From Hypanus sabinus (taxonomy: Eukaryota), in NCBI RefSeq assembly GCF_030144855.1, contig NC_082731.1, positions 27,094,001 through 27,158,000 on the forward strand: a DNA stretch of 64,000 nucleotides. The letters are read 5' to 3'. Positions 34,530 to 48,784 of the stretch are shown here, one piece after another; positions within the stretch are counted from its first letter, which is position 1, and each line of letters starts with the position of its first letter. The notes under the pieces are model-generated. The model did not search any database, was not told where the DNA came from, and was given only the letters and a program-made list of their open reading frames with translations. Both the position numbers and the translations under genes were made by a program.

Positions 34530-37190
34530 TAAGACCATAAGACAAAGGAGCAGGCCATTTGGCCCATCGAGTCTGCTCCATGATTTCATCATGAGCTGAT
34601 CCAATTCCCCTTTAGTTCCATTGCGCTGCCTTCTCTCCATAACCTTTGATGCCCTGACTACTCAGATACCTATCAATCTCTGCCTTAAATACACCCAATG
34701 ACCCGGCCTCCACTGCCGCCCGTGGCAACAAATTCCACAGATTCACCACCCTCTGGCTAAATTTTTTTTTTTGCATATCTGTTCTGAATGGGCACCCTGC
34801 AATCCTCGTGTCCTCTCTTACTAGACTCTCCTACCATGGGAAAAATCTTTGCCACATCCACTCTGTCCATGACTTTTAACATTCAAAATTTGTCTGTGAG
34901 GTCCCCCCCCCCCCATTCTTCTAAACTCCAAGGAGTACAGGCCAAGAGCGGTCAAACGTTCCTCATATGTTAACCCTCTTATTCCCGGAATCATTCTAGT
35001 AAATCTTCTCTGAACCTTCTCCAACGTCAGCACATCCTTTCTTAAATAAGGAGCCCAAAACTGCACACAGTATTCCAAGTGAGGTCTTACCAGTGATTGA
35101 TACACCCTCAACATCACATCCCCGTTCCTATACTCTATTCCTCGAGAAATGAATGCCAACATTGCATTCGCATTCTTCACCACTGACTCAACCTGGAGGT
35201 TATCCTTAAGGGTATCCTGCATGTGAACTCCGAAGTCCCATTGCATCTCAGAACTTTGAATTCTCTCCCCAGTTAAATAATAGTCTGCCCATTTATTTCT
35301 TCTACGAAAGTGCATGACCGTACACTTTCCGACATTGTAATTCATTTGCCACTTCTTTGCCCATTCCCCCAATGTATCTAAGGCTCTCTGCAGACTCTCT
35401 GTTTCCTCAGCACTACCAGCCCCTCCACCTATCTTTGTATCATCAGAAAACTTAGCCACAAAGCCACCTATCTCATAATCCAAATCGTTGATATACAACG
35501 TAACAAGAAGCGGCCCCAACACAAACCCCTGCGGAACTCCACTGGTAACCGGCAGCCAACCAGAATGGGATCCCTTTAATTCCACTCTCTGTTTCCTGCC
35601 AATCAACCAATGCTCTATCCACATATGTAAATGTCCTGTAATTCTATGGGCTGTTATCTTGTTTAGCAGCCTCATGTGTGGCACCTTGTCAAAGGCCTTC
35701 TGAAAATCACAAATACACAACATCCACTATATCTCCCTTGTCTAGCCTACTTGTAATTTCCTCAAAAGGTTAAACTAGGTTTGTCAGGCAGGATTTTCCT
35801 TCAAGGAAACCATGCTGAATTCTGCCTATTTGTCATAAGCCTCCAGCTACTCCGGAACCTCACCCTTGACAATCGACTCAAACAACATCCCAACCACTGA
35901 TGTCAAGCTAACAGGTCTATAATTTCCTTTTTGCTTCCTTGCTTCCTTCTTAAATAGCGGAGTGACATTTACAATCTTCCAGTCTTCCAGAACCAGGCCA
36001 GAATCTATCGAAAGACTTTGAAAGACCATTGCTAATGCCTCTGTAATTTCCACTGCAACTTCCTTCGGAACACCAGGGTGCATTCCATTGGTCCAGGAGA
36101 TTTATCTACCCTTAGACTATTCAGCTTCCTGAGTACTTGCTCTGTCATAATTGTGACTTCTGATTGTGCACATTTCTCTTCCCTGACACCCTTGAATGTC
36201 TGGTATATTGCTGAAGTATTTCTCAGTAAAGTCTGATGCAAAATACTCGTTCATTTCCTCTGACATCTCCTTATCTCCTATTACAATTTCTCTAGCATCA
36301 TTTTCTATCAGTCCTATATCTACTCTCATCTGTCTTTTACTCTTTATATACTTGAAAAAGCTTTTATTATTCTCTTTGATATTATTTGCTGGCGTCCTTT
36401 CATAGTTCATCTTTTCCCTCTTAACGACCTTCTTAGTTTCCTTTTGTAAGCTTTTAAAATCTTCCTAATCCTCTGTCTTCCCACTAAGTTTTGCTTCCTT
36501 GTATGCCCTCTGCTTTGCTTTTACTTTGGCTTTGACTACGCTTGTCAGCCACGGTTGCATCCTTTTTTCATTCAAAAATTTCTTTTCCTTTGGAATATAA
36601 CTGTCTTACCCCTTCCTCACTTCTCGCACAAACTCCAGCCACTGCAGCTCTGCTGTCATTCCCGTTAGTGTCCCTTTCCAGTCAACTTTGGCTAGTTCCT
36701 CTCTCATGCCACTGTAATTTCCTTTACTCCACTGAAATACCAACACATCGGATTTCGGTTTCTCTTTCTCAAATTTCACAGTGAACTCAGTCATGTTGTG
36801 ATCACTGCCTCCTAAGGGTTCCTTCACTTCCATCTCTCTAATTACCTCTGGTTCATTACACGATTCCCAATCCAGTACAGACAATCCTCTCGTGGGCTCA
36901 ACAACAAGCTGTTATAAAAAGCCATCTCATAGACATTCTACAAATTCTCTCTTTTGAGATCCAGTGCCAACCTGATTTTCCCAATCCATTCACATGTTAA
37001 AATCCTCTACAATTATCGTAACACTGCCCTTCTGGCAAGCCTTTTCTATTTCCTGCTGTAATTTGTAGTTCACATCACTGCAGCTATTTGGAAGCCTGTA
37101 GATAACTGCCAACAGGGTCCTTTTAACCCTGCGATTTCTGAGCTCAACACATAAAGATTCAATATCTTCTAATCCTATGTCAACTCTTTC
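34530..37190 (-). mobile_element. CR1 LINE ORF2 (endonuclease to 3' tail)
   Basis: 300-aa RT ORF 34821-35723 (DFQKAFDKVPH, GVPQGFVLGPLL, FSDDTK) and a ccataagaccataag tail. Confidence 0.92.
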
Positions 37191-37194
37191 TTTT

Positions 37195-40100
37195 TGTAAT
37201 TTATTTTCTTTATTGAAGTTCATCATCAAACAAACATTTCCATAAGATGTGTTTCAGACATTGTACATATATATCATTTAATCATATATATCACAAATCT
37301 CCACAAAGTATTTATCTGAAGTATATACTAATAGAAAAGAGCTGAAAGAGAAAATAACCAAAAGGAAAAAACTATGTACAAGTAGGGAGTGATATTTTTT
37401 TACAACATATTCATTGATGTGTGAGAATAAAATCAGGCCTATGAGGCATTATGTAGTTAAACCATTTTTCCCAAAGTGAATCAAATTGTTCCAGCTTATG
37501 ATTAACAGATGCTGTTATCTTCTCCATTTTGTAAATGTCCATTGTAATTTCCATCCATGCATTTAAAGTTGGGCTCTCCTGTGATAAACATTTCCTAGTA
37601 AGAGTCTTTTTACCAGCCATCAACAGTATATTCGTTAAATATTTATCTCTTTTCAACCATTCTTGAGGTATATATCCAAAATATATGGTCTTACTCTCTA
37701 AGGGTATTTCACATTTAAAGATGTCTTGTAGGGCATTGTGTGTCCCCCTCCAATAGTTTTTGATAACAGGGCAGTCCCAAAAAATATGATAATAATTTGC
37801 ATTTTGATTTCTGCAGCAAACAGGGAGGTTACTATCATAATGGGATTTCAGAGAGGGTGTAATAAAATATCTTCTCAAGTTTATCCATCCAAGCTCCTTC
37901 CACTTCCGTGAACTGGTACATTTACATTGATACCTCCATATTATTGTCCGTTCTTCCTCAGATATAATTGTCTCTCCTTCCTTCTCCCATTATGATTTAA
38001 TGTATGAAATCAAATGTGTTTTAAGATCTGACAACCCCTTATACATGCTTGAAATGATTCTACTACCATTATCTGAATTATATGCTTTTCTAAATAGCTC
38101 TATCAAGCATGTACTTGCCTTGATTACATTTTTAAGCATTTTATTAACATATTGTTGCATCTGTACATATCAATAAAAATCTTGTTTTTCTAATGTGTTT
38201 TTCTTTAAGCATTTCAAAATTGAACAGTGTTCATTCTTTCATTATGTTGCAAAGAACTGTTATTCCTTTAGCTGTCCAGTCCTTAAATTTAGCATCCAAT
38301 TTAGTTGGTGTAAAATCTGAGTCATATGCACACCATTTAAGAATTGCAATATCTCCCTCTAAACTATATTCTTTTATAGTAGTTTTCCATATTTTAAGAG
38401 TCAATTTCACCCATGGATTATCAATAGTATTTATGTACCTTTGCAGGTTGTTATCAACCAAAATTGCTTGTATGGGGATGGGATTTACCCGCTCCTCAAT
38501 GTTTTTCCATTGAGCATAATATGATGGGTTGCACCAACATATCACAGCTCACAACTGTGCAGCAAAGTAATAATCTCTAAGAGAAGGTAGGCCCATCTCC
38601 CTTTTTTCCTTTGCTAATTGTAAAGTTTTGAGACAAACTCTAGGCCTTTTACCCTGCCAAATATACCTTGATAACATCTTGTTCCATTCATTGAATTGAT
38701 TTTGATTAATCTCTATTGGTAGGGTCTGAAACAGATATAACAGTCTAGGCAGTATATTCATTTTAATAGACTCATTCCTTGAACTGAGACTGAAAAAAGA
38801 ATTCAGGCTCCATCTTGCCACATCTTCCTTAATTTTTTTTATATAAAGGCTGATTATCTCCCCTTTTCCTTTGATATTGGTTCCAGAAATAATGCGAAGA
38901 GTGGTGGTGACCATGCACAAGCCTGAATTGTGCCCCTTTCTAGGGTAAGAATATTAGATAAATACCCATTGATTTTAATCCTAGCAGTAGGGTTGTCATA
39001 TAGTTTCTGTATAATTTTAATAATTGTGTCTTGGAAACCAAATCTATGCAAAACTCTGTAAAGAGAATTCCAATTAACCAAATCAAGTGTCTTTTCAGTG
39101 TCCACACTTATCACTATTGCTTTGATTTTTTTTTATATATGATCCATAATGTGAAGTGTCCTGCGTTTGGTGTTGTCGTATAAAACCTGTATGATTGCTA
39201 CGTATCAGTATGGGTAGAATCTCCTCTAATCATTTGGCCATGATGGAGGTAAATAATCTATCATCTACATTAAGAATGGATATTGGTCTAAATGACCAGC
39301 ATTCCATTTTATCCTTCCCTTTTTTGGTATAGCTGAGATTATCACTTCCCTCCAACTGGGTGGCATTTGTGCCTTTTTTAGAGCCCAGTTCAGTGTGGGG
39401 AGTAAAACAGGAATTAACTAATTTTGAAATTCTTTGTACCACTCTGCCAAATACCAATCTGATCCTGGTGACTTGCTTAATTTAAGCCTACTAATTGCAG
39501 CTTTTAATTCAACATCAGTTATGTCAGCAATCATTGTTCTATTTTGTTCTTCGCATAAAGTGGGTAACTCTAGAGAATTCAAGAAGGTGTCAGTTTGGGT
39601 TATGCTTTCCCCAGGAACTATGGAATATAGAGTTTTGTAAAACACTTCAAAGGCTTCTTGAATTTCACTTAGTCTTTTTTTTATCACTTTCGTTCTTCGC
39701 TCCCTAATTTTATGAATTGTATTTTCTGCTATCTTTTTTTTTCAGTTTCCATGCCAGTATTTTCATAGACTTTGATCCACTTTCATAATGTCTCTGTTTC
39801 AGAAACATTAAATTTTTCCTGATTTTTTGCATAGCCAAACTACTAATTTCATTCCTTTTTTTTAATTTCCCCTAATGTATCCTGTGCCAAATTCATTTTT
39901 TTCTCTATTTTCTTCAGCCTATTTTGTAACTCTTCTAATGTTTTATTCCTTATTTTTTTCTTATATGAAGATATCGCTATAATTTTCCCTCTTAAGACAG
40001 CCTTCAGAGTATCCCATAGAATGGGAAGTGAAACCTGTCCATTATCATTAGATTCTAAGTAGAGACCAATTTATTTTTTTAAAATTTGTTCCTTAAAGTA

Positions 40101-41760
40101 CGGATCATTGAGTAGACTTGAATTTAGTTTCCAAATAGTATTCTTTGGTTGTAGGTCAAAATCAACAGATAAATATATAGGTGCATGGTCAATTACATCT
40201 ATTGTCCCAATTCCACAGGTGTTCATTTTGTCTTTGTCTTTTCCAAATGTTATGAATTAGTCTATTCTTGTATATACAGAATGGGGAGCAGAATATTGAA
40301 TGGAATCCCTTCTGTCGGGGAAAAGGTCCCTCCATATATCAATGAAACCAACATCCTCAAAAAGTGTATTAAGTTTCTTATGTAAGGATTTTGTTTCACA
40401 GGTTTTTCTATTGGAAGAGTCTAAGTTTGGTTGTAATTGTAAATTTAAGTCTCCCCCACATATCAGGAGACCTTCTGTTTCTGCTACCATAGTATCAGTA
40501 ATTTTCTGAAAGAAACCAATATCACTTCCCAGGGGTGCATATATATTCAATAGAGTAACTGAATTTCCGTCTATATTCCCCCTTACCAGAGTATATCTGC
40601 CCCCTTTATCTCCCATTTTGAATACTTTTTCAAAATTTAGCTTACTTGAGATAAGAATAGCTACCCCTCTCCTATGTTCTGATTTATATGAGGAGAAAAA
40701 CAAATTAGTGAAGCCCATTCTCTTTAGTTTTCTATGCTCATTATCACTAAAATGAATTTCCAGTAAATATACTACATGGGCTTGTTCTTTTATCATTTTG
40801 GATAAAATTCTATTACATTTGATTGGATTTAATAGCCCATTGAAGTAAAAAAAAATGAATTTTACTTTGTCCTTAGCCATCTGTATTTATCCATCAATGT
40901 ATCCTAAAAATAAAACTTAATCAATGTATTACCTGAACAAATAAGATTCAAGAAACACAAATAACAAAATGGAAATGAATGTGTGATTCCAAGGCTGAGG
41001 TCTATAGTAGATGACTCTGCGTTGAGCTAGAGGAAATGTCTAGCTGTGGGGGATAACCCCTCCTACTTGAGAGTTGAGGGCCCCCATTGTAGTATTCATA
41101 AAAGTCAGTGAACAAATCCATTACACAGCCAATATTTCNNNNNNNNNNNNNNNNNNNNNNNNNNNNNNNNNNNNNNNNNNNNNNNNNNNNNNNNNNNNNN
41201 NNNNNNNNNNNNNNNNNNNNNNNNNNNNNNNNNNNNNNNNNNNNNNNNNNNNNNNNNNNNNNNNNNNNNNNNNNNNNNNNNNNNNNNNNNNNNNNNNNNN
41301 NNNNNNNNNNNNNNNNNNNNNAGGAGTAAGTGAGCGAACAAAGATTAACAACTAAGTAATATAAAATCCACATTATAATAAGTATTTCTCGAGACAGGTA
41401 TATCACTGTCTACTTTTGCTTCCAATTAGCTTCTCAACATCTTTAAAGTTAGCCAAACCTTATGGCTCTTCTGGAGGGGATGAGGGCTGTCTTTGGAAAA
41501 CTCCCGGTCTCTTCCTGATATACTTCTCTCGGTCTCCTCCCATCTCCTCCCTTCTCGATCCTTGCACTATTTCCCAAGCAGAGCAAGATAATTCCTCTGC
41601 CAGGCTTTCCCTCAGTTTGAGCACGCTGACTGGCAACCCTCTGGCCTTCACTTCTGTAGTCGCCTCTTCCACTGTCTGGTACAACCGCATTTCGTCTTCA
41701 TAAAACACTCTAAGTTTAGATGGGTACAGAGTTTGAAATTTGGCTGCAAATTTGCTCCAT
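37195..41760 (-). mobile_element. L1-like LINE (ORF1 C-terminus, APE endonuclease, RT, C-terminal Cys/His motif), decayed, spanning the gap
   Basis: NGLLNPIK...RGVAILIS...LLNIYAP...GGDLN endonuclease, SVDTEKTLD/RGTIQAC RT relics, and HIFWDCP. Confidence 0.88.
41139..41321. other. Assembly gap (183 N)
   Basis: Run of n characters. ORFs crossing it are artefacts. Confidence 1.
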
Positions 41761-41769
41761 CACCTGCCT

Positions 41770-42380
41770 GTCCTTCCTGACATCCTTACTGCTCACTACC
41801 TTAGATCTATTTCTGTTTTCCTTCTCCTCCGCTCCATCATTCTGGTTCCGATCCCCCTGCCAAATTAGTTTAAACCCTCCCTTACAGCTCCATTAAACCT
41901 ACCCGCCAGGATATTGTTTCCCCCTAGGATTCAAGTGTAACCTGTACTTTTTGTACAGGTCACACCTGTCCCAAAAGAGGTCCCAATGATCCAGAAACTT
42001 GAATCCTTGACTCCTGCTCCAATCCCTCAGCCATGCATTTATTCTCCACCTCTTTTCTTACCTACTCTCACTGTCGCGTGGCACAAGCAGTAATCTCGAG
42101 ATTACTACCTTTGCGGTCCTTCTTCTCCACTGCCTTCCTAACTCCCTATACTCTCCTTTCAGGACCTCTTCTCTTTTCCTACCTCTGTCATTGGTACCTA
42201 CATGTACCACGACCTCTGGCTCCTCACCCTCCTCACCCTGCTCACACTTCAGGATATCTTGGACGTGAGCAGAAACATCATGGACCCTGGTACCAGGGAG
42301 GAAAACTGCCATCCGGGTCTCCTGATCGCGTCCACAGAAATGCCTGTCTGACCCCCTAACTATCGAGTCCCCTATTACTT
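41770..42380 (-). mobile_element. CR1 ORF1 (SGNH esterase-like) fragment
   Basis: VFLPGTRVHDV...PEVVVHVGTND motif. Confidence 0.85.
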
Positions 42381-42384
42381 GGCC

Positions 42385-44400
42385 AGTTACTCTGATGTTA
42401 GTGGTTGGGAAGATTTTGGAGTTGATTATTAAGGTTATAGTTTCCGGGTACTTGGAGGCACATCGTGAAGTAGGCCACAGTCAGCATGGTTTTCTCAAGG
42501 AAAACCTTGCCTGAGAAATCTGTTGGAATTCTTTGAAAACTTACCAACCAGAATTGAATCAGTGGATATTGTGTACTTGGATTTTCAAAATGCATTTGAC
42601 AAGGAGCTGCCGACGAGGTTGCATCACAAGTTAAAAGCCCATGGTATTACAAGGAAAACACGAGCATGGGTACAGTGGCTGATTGCCAGGAGGCAAGGAA
42701 CGGGAAAAAAAGGGAGACTTTTCTGGTTGGCTGCCTATAACTAGCAGTGGGACTGCTTCTTTTAACGAAAAATGTCAATGACTTGGTTGATGGTAATGTT
42801 GGCTTTGTTGCAATGTTTGTGTATGAATCAAGATGGGTGGAAGAGTAGGTAGTTTTGAGGAAGTAGAGAGGCTACAGAAGGACTAAGACAGATTGGGAGA
42901 GTGGGCAATGAAGCAGCAGATGGAATACAATGTTCAGAATTGTGTGGCCATGCGCTTTAGTAGAAGAAATAAAAGGGCAGGCTGTTTTCAAAATGGACAG
43001 AAAATTCAAAACTCTGAAGTGCAAAGGAACTTGGGAGTCCTTGTACGAGATTTCCTAAAGGTTGCTTTGCAGGTTGAGTCGGTGGTGAGGGAGGCAAATG
43101 TGATGTCAGCATTCATTCCAAGAGGAACACAAGATAAAAGCAAGGATGTAATGTTGAGGCTTTAGAAAGAATTGGTGAGGTCCAACTTGGAGTACTGTGA
43201 GCACTTTCGGGCTCCTTATCTCAGAAAGAATGTGCTGACATTGGGGAAAGTTCAAAGGAGATTCACAAAAATGATTCTGGGATTGAAAGGCTTGTCATAT
43301 GGAGAGCATTTCATGTACTCACTGGAATTCAGAAGAATGAGCAGTGACCCTGTTGAAACCAATCAAATGTTGAAAAGCCTTGATAAGAATGGATGTGGAG
43401 AGGATGGTGGGAGAGTCTAAGACTGAAGGACAGAATAGAGGGGACTCCTTTTAGAATGGAGATGAAGATTTTTTTTTCAGCAGAGCGTAGAGAGTCTGTG
43501 GAATTTGCTACCACAGGCAGCTGTGGAGACCAAGTCTGGACAAATTCAAGGCAGAGGTTAATTTTTCTTGATTAATCAGTGCTTGAAGCAGACAGGAGAC
43601 AGAAGCAGATAGGTAGCAGACAGGAGATTGGGGCTGAGAGGGAAAATAGATCAGTCATGATGAAATGGTGGAACAGACTTGATGGGCCAAATGGCCCAAT
43701 TCTGCTCCTATATTGTATGGTCTTAATGGAGGAGTTCTGAGAGTTAAGAGCTATTTAACAAACAGGGGTTGATTAGGATTAGTCAAGAAGGCTCTGTTTC
43801 TGGGAGATTATGTCTCATGAATGTCCTGTTTAGTCCCTGCTCCATCTTCCATAAGACCATACGGTTTCTCTCTTTCTGTTCCCATTTGTTCATTCCTCAT
43901 CTATTAGGTCATGGTAGTTTAGTGAGAATGGCTCCTGGGGTAGTGTCTTGCACTCTGTGTGGGATGTGGGAAGTCTGGGAGATCTCCAGTCTCCTAGATG
44001 AACATATCTACACTAGGTGCACTGACTTGCAGCAACTGAGAGAACATATTAAGGAACTGGAGCTACAGCTCAATGACCTTCAACTCATACAGGAGAATGA
44101 GGAGGTGATAAACAGGAGCTACAGGGAGGTAGTTACCCCAAGATTGCGGGAGACAGGTAACTGGGTGACTGTCAGGAGAAGGAGGGGAAATACACAGCTA
44201 GTCCAGAGCACACCTGTGGCTGTTACACTCAATAATACGTATTTAACTTTAGATAATATTGAGGGCCTGACCTAACAGTGGGAAGAAAGGGTGACCAGGT
44301 CTCTTGCACTGAGTCTGGTGATGTTGTACAGAAGAGGAGAGATGTGAAGAGGAATGCAGTGTTGGTAGGAGATTCCTTAGTCAGAGGAACAGATACAGAT
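42385..44400 (+). mobile_element. CR1 RT/3' tail, spacer, then CR1 ORF1 start (43927)
   Basis: VYLDFQNAFDK, LEYCEHFRAPYLRK, then MAPGVVSCTLCGMWEVW...ELELQL. Confidence 0.85.
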
Positions 44401-47400
44401 AATCAGAGGGCACGATTGAATGTCCCAGGATGCAACAGTCTGGACTGCTAAGACTGTTCGGTATCAGGAACACTGTCACTACTCCAATCCCATTGATTCA
44501 TTGGCCTGTTCAACATCCAGAATCAGAATCAGAATAAGGTTTATTATCACCAGCAAATTTGTTAATTTAGCAGCAGCATATCAATGTAATATATAATACA
44601 GAACCATAGAACATTACAGCACAGAAACAGGCCTTTTAGCCCATCTTGGCTGTGCTGAACCATTTTTCTTCCTAGTCCTACTGACCTGCACCTGAGCCAT
44701 ACCCCTCCATACACCTCTCGTCCATGTACCTGTCTAAGTTTTTCTTAAATGTTTAAAGTGAGCATGCATTTACCACTTCATCTGGCAGCTAATTCCACAC
44801 ACTCACCACTCTCTGTGTGAAGAAGCTCCACCCCCCCCCCCATGTTCCCTTTAAACTTTTCCCCCTTCACCCTTAACCCATATCCTCTGGTTTTTCTCTC
44901 CCCTAACCTCTGCAGAAAAAGCCTGCTTGCATTCACTCTATCTATACCCTTATATAACTCTATCAAGTCTCCCCTCATTCTTCTACGCTCCAGGGAATAC
45001 AGTCCTTACCTATTCAAACTTTCTCTGTAACTCAGTTTCTCAAGTCCCGCAATATTATTGTAAACTTTCTCTGCACTCTTTCAACCTTATTAGTATCCTT
45101 CCTGTAATTTGGTGACAAAAACTGCACACAGTGCTCCAAATTCAGCCTCACCAATGCTTTAGAAAACCTCACCATAACATTCCAGCTCTTATACTCAATA
45201 CTTTGATTTCTCAAGGCTAATGTACTAAAAGCTCTCTTTACTACCCTATCTACATGTGATGCCTCTTTTAGGGAATTTTGTATCTGTATTCCCAGATCCC
45301 TCTGTTCTACTGCACTCCTCAGTGCCCTACCATTTACCTTGTATGTTCTACTTTGGTTTGTCCTTCTAAAGTGCAATACCTCACACTTGTCTGTATTAAA
45401 CTCCATCTGCCATTTTTCAGCCCATTTTTCCAGCCGGTGCAAATCCCTCTGCAAGCTTTCAAAACCTTCCTCACTGTCCACTACACCTCCAGTCTTTGTA
45501 TCATCTGCAAATTTGCTGATCCAATTTACCACATTATCATCCAGGTCATTGATATAGATGACAAATAACAATGGACCCAGCACTGATCCCTGAGGCACAC
45601 CACTAGTCACAGGCCTCTACTCAGAGAAGCAATCCTCCACTACCACTCTCTGACTTCTCCCATTTAGTCAATGCCTAATCCAACTTACTACCTCACCATG
45701 TATACCTAGTGACTGAATTTCCCTAACTAACCTCCCATGTGGGACCCTGCCAAATGCCTGACTGAAATCCATGTAGACAATATCCACTGCCTTCCCGTCA
45801 TCCACTTTCCTGGAAACCTCCTCGAAAACCTCTAATAGATTTGTTAAACATGACCTACCATGCACAAAGCCATGTTGACTCTCCTTAATAAGTCCCTGTC
45901 TATCTAAATTCTTGTCGATCCTATCTCTTGGTACTCCTTCCAGTAATTTACCTACTACCGACATCAAACTTAATGGCTTATAATTTCCCAGATTACTTTT
46001 GGAGCAGTTTTAAACAATGGAAGAACATGAGCTGTCCTCCAATCCTCCGGCACCTCACCCGTAGATACCAACATTTTAAATATATCTGCCAGGGCCCCTA
46101 CAATTTTAACACTTGTCTCCTTCCAGGTCTGGGGGAATACGCTGTCAGGTCCTGTGGATTTATCTACTCTGATTTGCCTCAAGATAGCAAGCACTTCCTC
46201 CTCTTCAATCTGTGTAGGTTCCATGACCTCACTACCTGTTTGCATTATTTCCATTGTCTCCACGCTAGTTTACTTAGTTAATACAGATACAAAACCTATT
46301 TAAGATCTCCACCATTTCTTTTGGTTCCATACATAGCTGACCACTCTGATCTTCGTGAGGACCAAATTTCTCCCTTACTATCCTTTTGCTCTTAGTATAC
46401 CTGCAGAAGCTTTTTGGTTTATCCTTCACCTTGACTGCCAAAGCAACCTCATGCAAAACCTCATAAGTTTTTTTGCACTTTTTATACTCCTCAAGCATTT
46501 TATTTTCTCCCCGTTCCCTATACATGTCATACGTCTTTCTCTTCTTCTTTATCAGATTTCCAATATCCCTTGAGAACCAAGGTTCCTTATCCTTATTCAC
46601 TTTGCCTTTAATCCAGACAGGAACCTACAAACTCTTCACTCTCAAAATTTCTCCTTTGAAGGTCTCCCACTTACCAATCACATCTTTGCCAGAGAACAAT
46701 CTGTCCCAATCCACACTTTTTAGATCGTTTCTCAACCCGAGGACCAGATCTATCTTTTTCCATGATCAAGTTGAAACTAATGGTGTTATGATCACTCGAA
46801 CCAAAGTGTTCCCCTACACACACTTCCTTCACCTGTCCTAACTCGTTTCCTAATAGGAGATCTAATATTGCATCCTCTCTAGTTGGTACCTCTATATATT
46901 GATTTAGAAAACTTTTCTGAACACATTTTACAAACGGTAACTTGTCTAAACATTTAACAGTATAGGAGTCCCAATCAATATGTGGAAAATTAAAATCCCC
47001 TGCTATCACAACTTTATGTTTCCTGCGGCTGTCTGCAGATTTGCTCCTCCAATTCTCGCTGACTATTGGATGGTCTATAATACAACTCCATTAATGTAGT
47101 CATACCTTTCCTGTTTCTCAGACCCACCCATATGGCCTCGGTAGACAAGCTCTCTAATCTGTCCTGCCTGAGCACTGCTGTAACATTTTCTCTGACTAGC
47201 AATGCCACACCCCCACCCCCCTCCACCCTTCATTCCTCTGTCACTATCATGTCTGAAACATCAGAACCCTGGAACATTAAGCTGCCAGTCCTGCCCCTCC
47301 TGGAGCCAAGTTTCACTAATGGCTATAATGTTGTAATTCCATCTTTCAATCCACGCCCTCAGCTCGTCAGCCTTCCCCTCGCATTGAAATAGACACACCT

Positions 47401-48784
47401 CAGATTATTAACACCACACACAATCCTTCTATTTGTCACTTTGCATGAACTTTTAACATCATTTATTTTCATCCCCACTCAACTATCTACTCTGGCACTC
47501 TGGTTCCCATTCCCCTGCAAGTCCAGTTTAAACCCTCCCCAATAGCACGAACAAACCTCCCTGCAAGGATATTAGTCCCCTTGTAGTTCAGGTGTAACCC
47601 GTCTCTCTTGTACAGGTCCCACCTGCCCCAGAATAGGTCCCAATGATCTTGAAATCTGAAACCCTGCACCCTACACCAGTTCCTCAGCCATGTGTTCATC
47701 CGCCAGAGCATCCTTTACTTGCCCTCACTGGCACATGGCACAGGTAGCAATCCTGAGATTACCACCCTCGAGGTCCTGCTTTTTAAATTCCTATCTAGCT
47801 CTCCATCCATTTGTACCAATGTGTAGCATGACATCTGGCTGCTCACCCACCCACTTCAGAATGCTGTGAACGCAATCAGAGACATCCCTGACCCTGGCAC
47901 CCGGGAGGCAACAAACCATCCAGGAGTCTGTCATGACCACAGAACCACCTGTCCGTACCTCTAACTATCGAGTCCCCTATGACTACCACTCTTCTATTCT
48001 TCCACCCTCCCTTCTGCACTGCAGAACTAGACTCAGTGCCAGAGATCCAGCTGCTGCAGCTTGTCCCAGGTTGGTCATCCCCCCAACAGTAGCCAAATCA
48101 GTATACTTTTTGTTGAGGGGGGAATGGCCACAGGGGATCCCTGCTCTGCCTTCCCTTTCCCCTTCCCTCGCCCGACGGTAACCCAATTACCTGTGCATTG
48201 CTCCTTTTGCGTAACTACCTTTCTGAAACTACTATCTATAAACTCATCATTCTCCTGAATGATCCGGAGGTCATCCAGCTCCTACTCTAGTTCCCTAATG
48301 CAGTTTGTTAGGAGCTGCAGCTGGATGCACTTCTTGCAGGTGTTGTAGTCAGGGACACCAGAGGTCTCCGTGACTTCCCATATCCTGCAACAGGAGCATT
48401 CCAACATCCTGCCTGGCATTCTCTCTACTCTAAATAAGCAAAACAAGACTTACCGGAACCCACCCTGGCCTCTGCCTTTTCACCGAAACCTGTTGAGCCA
48501 AAGCCATCCCACTCTGGTCCCTCTCACTCCGCTGTCCACTGTATATGGTGGTCTTTTTTTAAACCTTTGGCGCTCCATGTCACACACCTGTGAAGTCTAG
48601 CCTCTTTTCCCCGAGCAGTGTAAAAAAACTTCTCTCTGAGATTCCTTTACTCTTTCAGTCTCAGCCTCTTGCTTCGATTTAAAAAGGACTGTTGAAAATT
48701 CCTCTCCTTTTTAAACCTTTGGCGCTCTACATCATGCACCTACGCATTCTAGCCTCTTTCCCCTGAGCTGTGTAAAAATCTCTA

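Noticed and set aside
41002-41406. ORFs spanning the N run
   Set aside because: Artefacts of the assembly gap.
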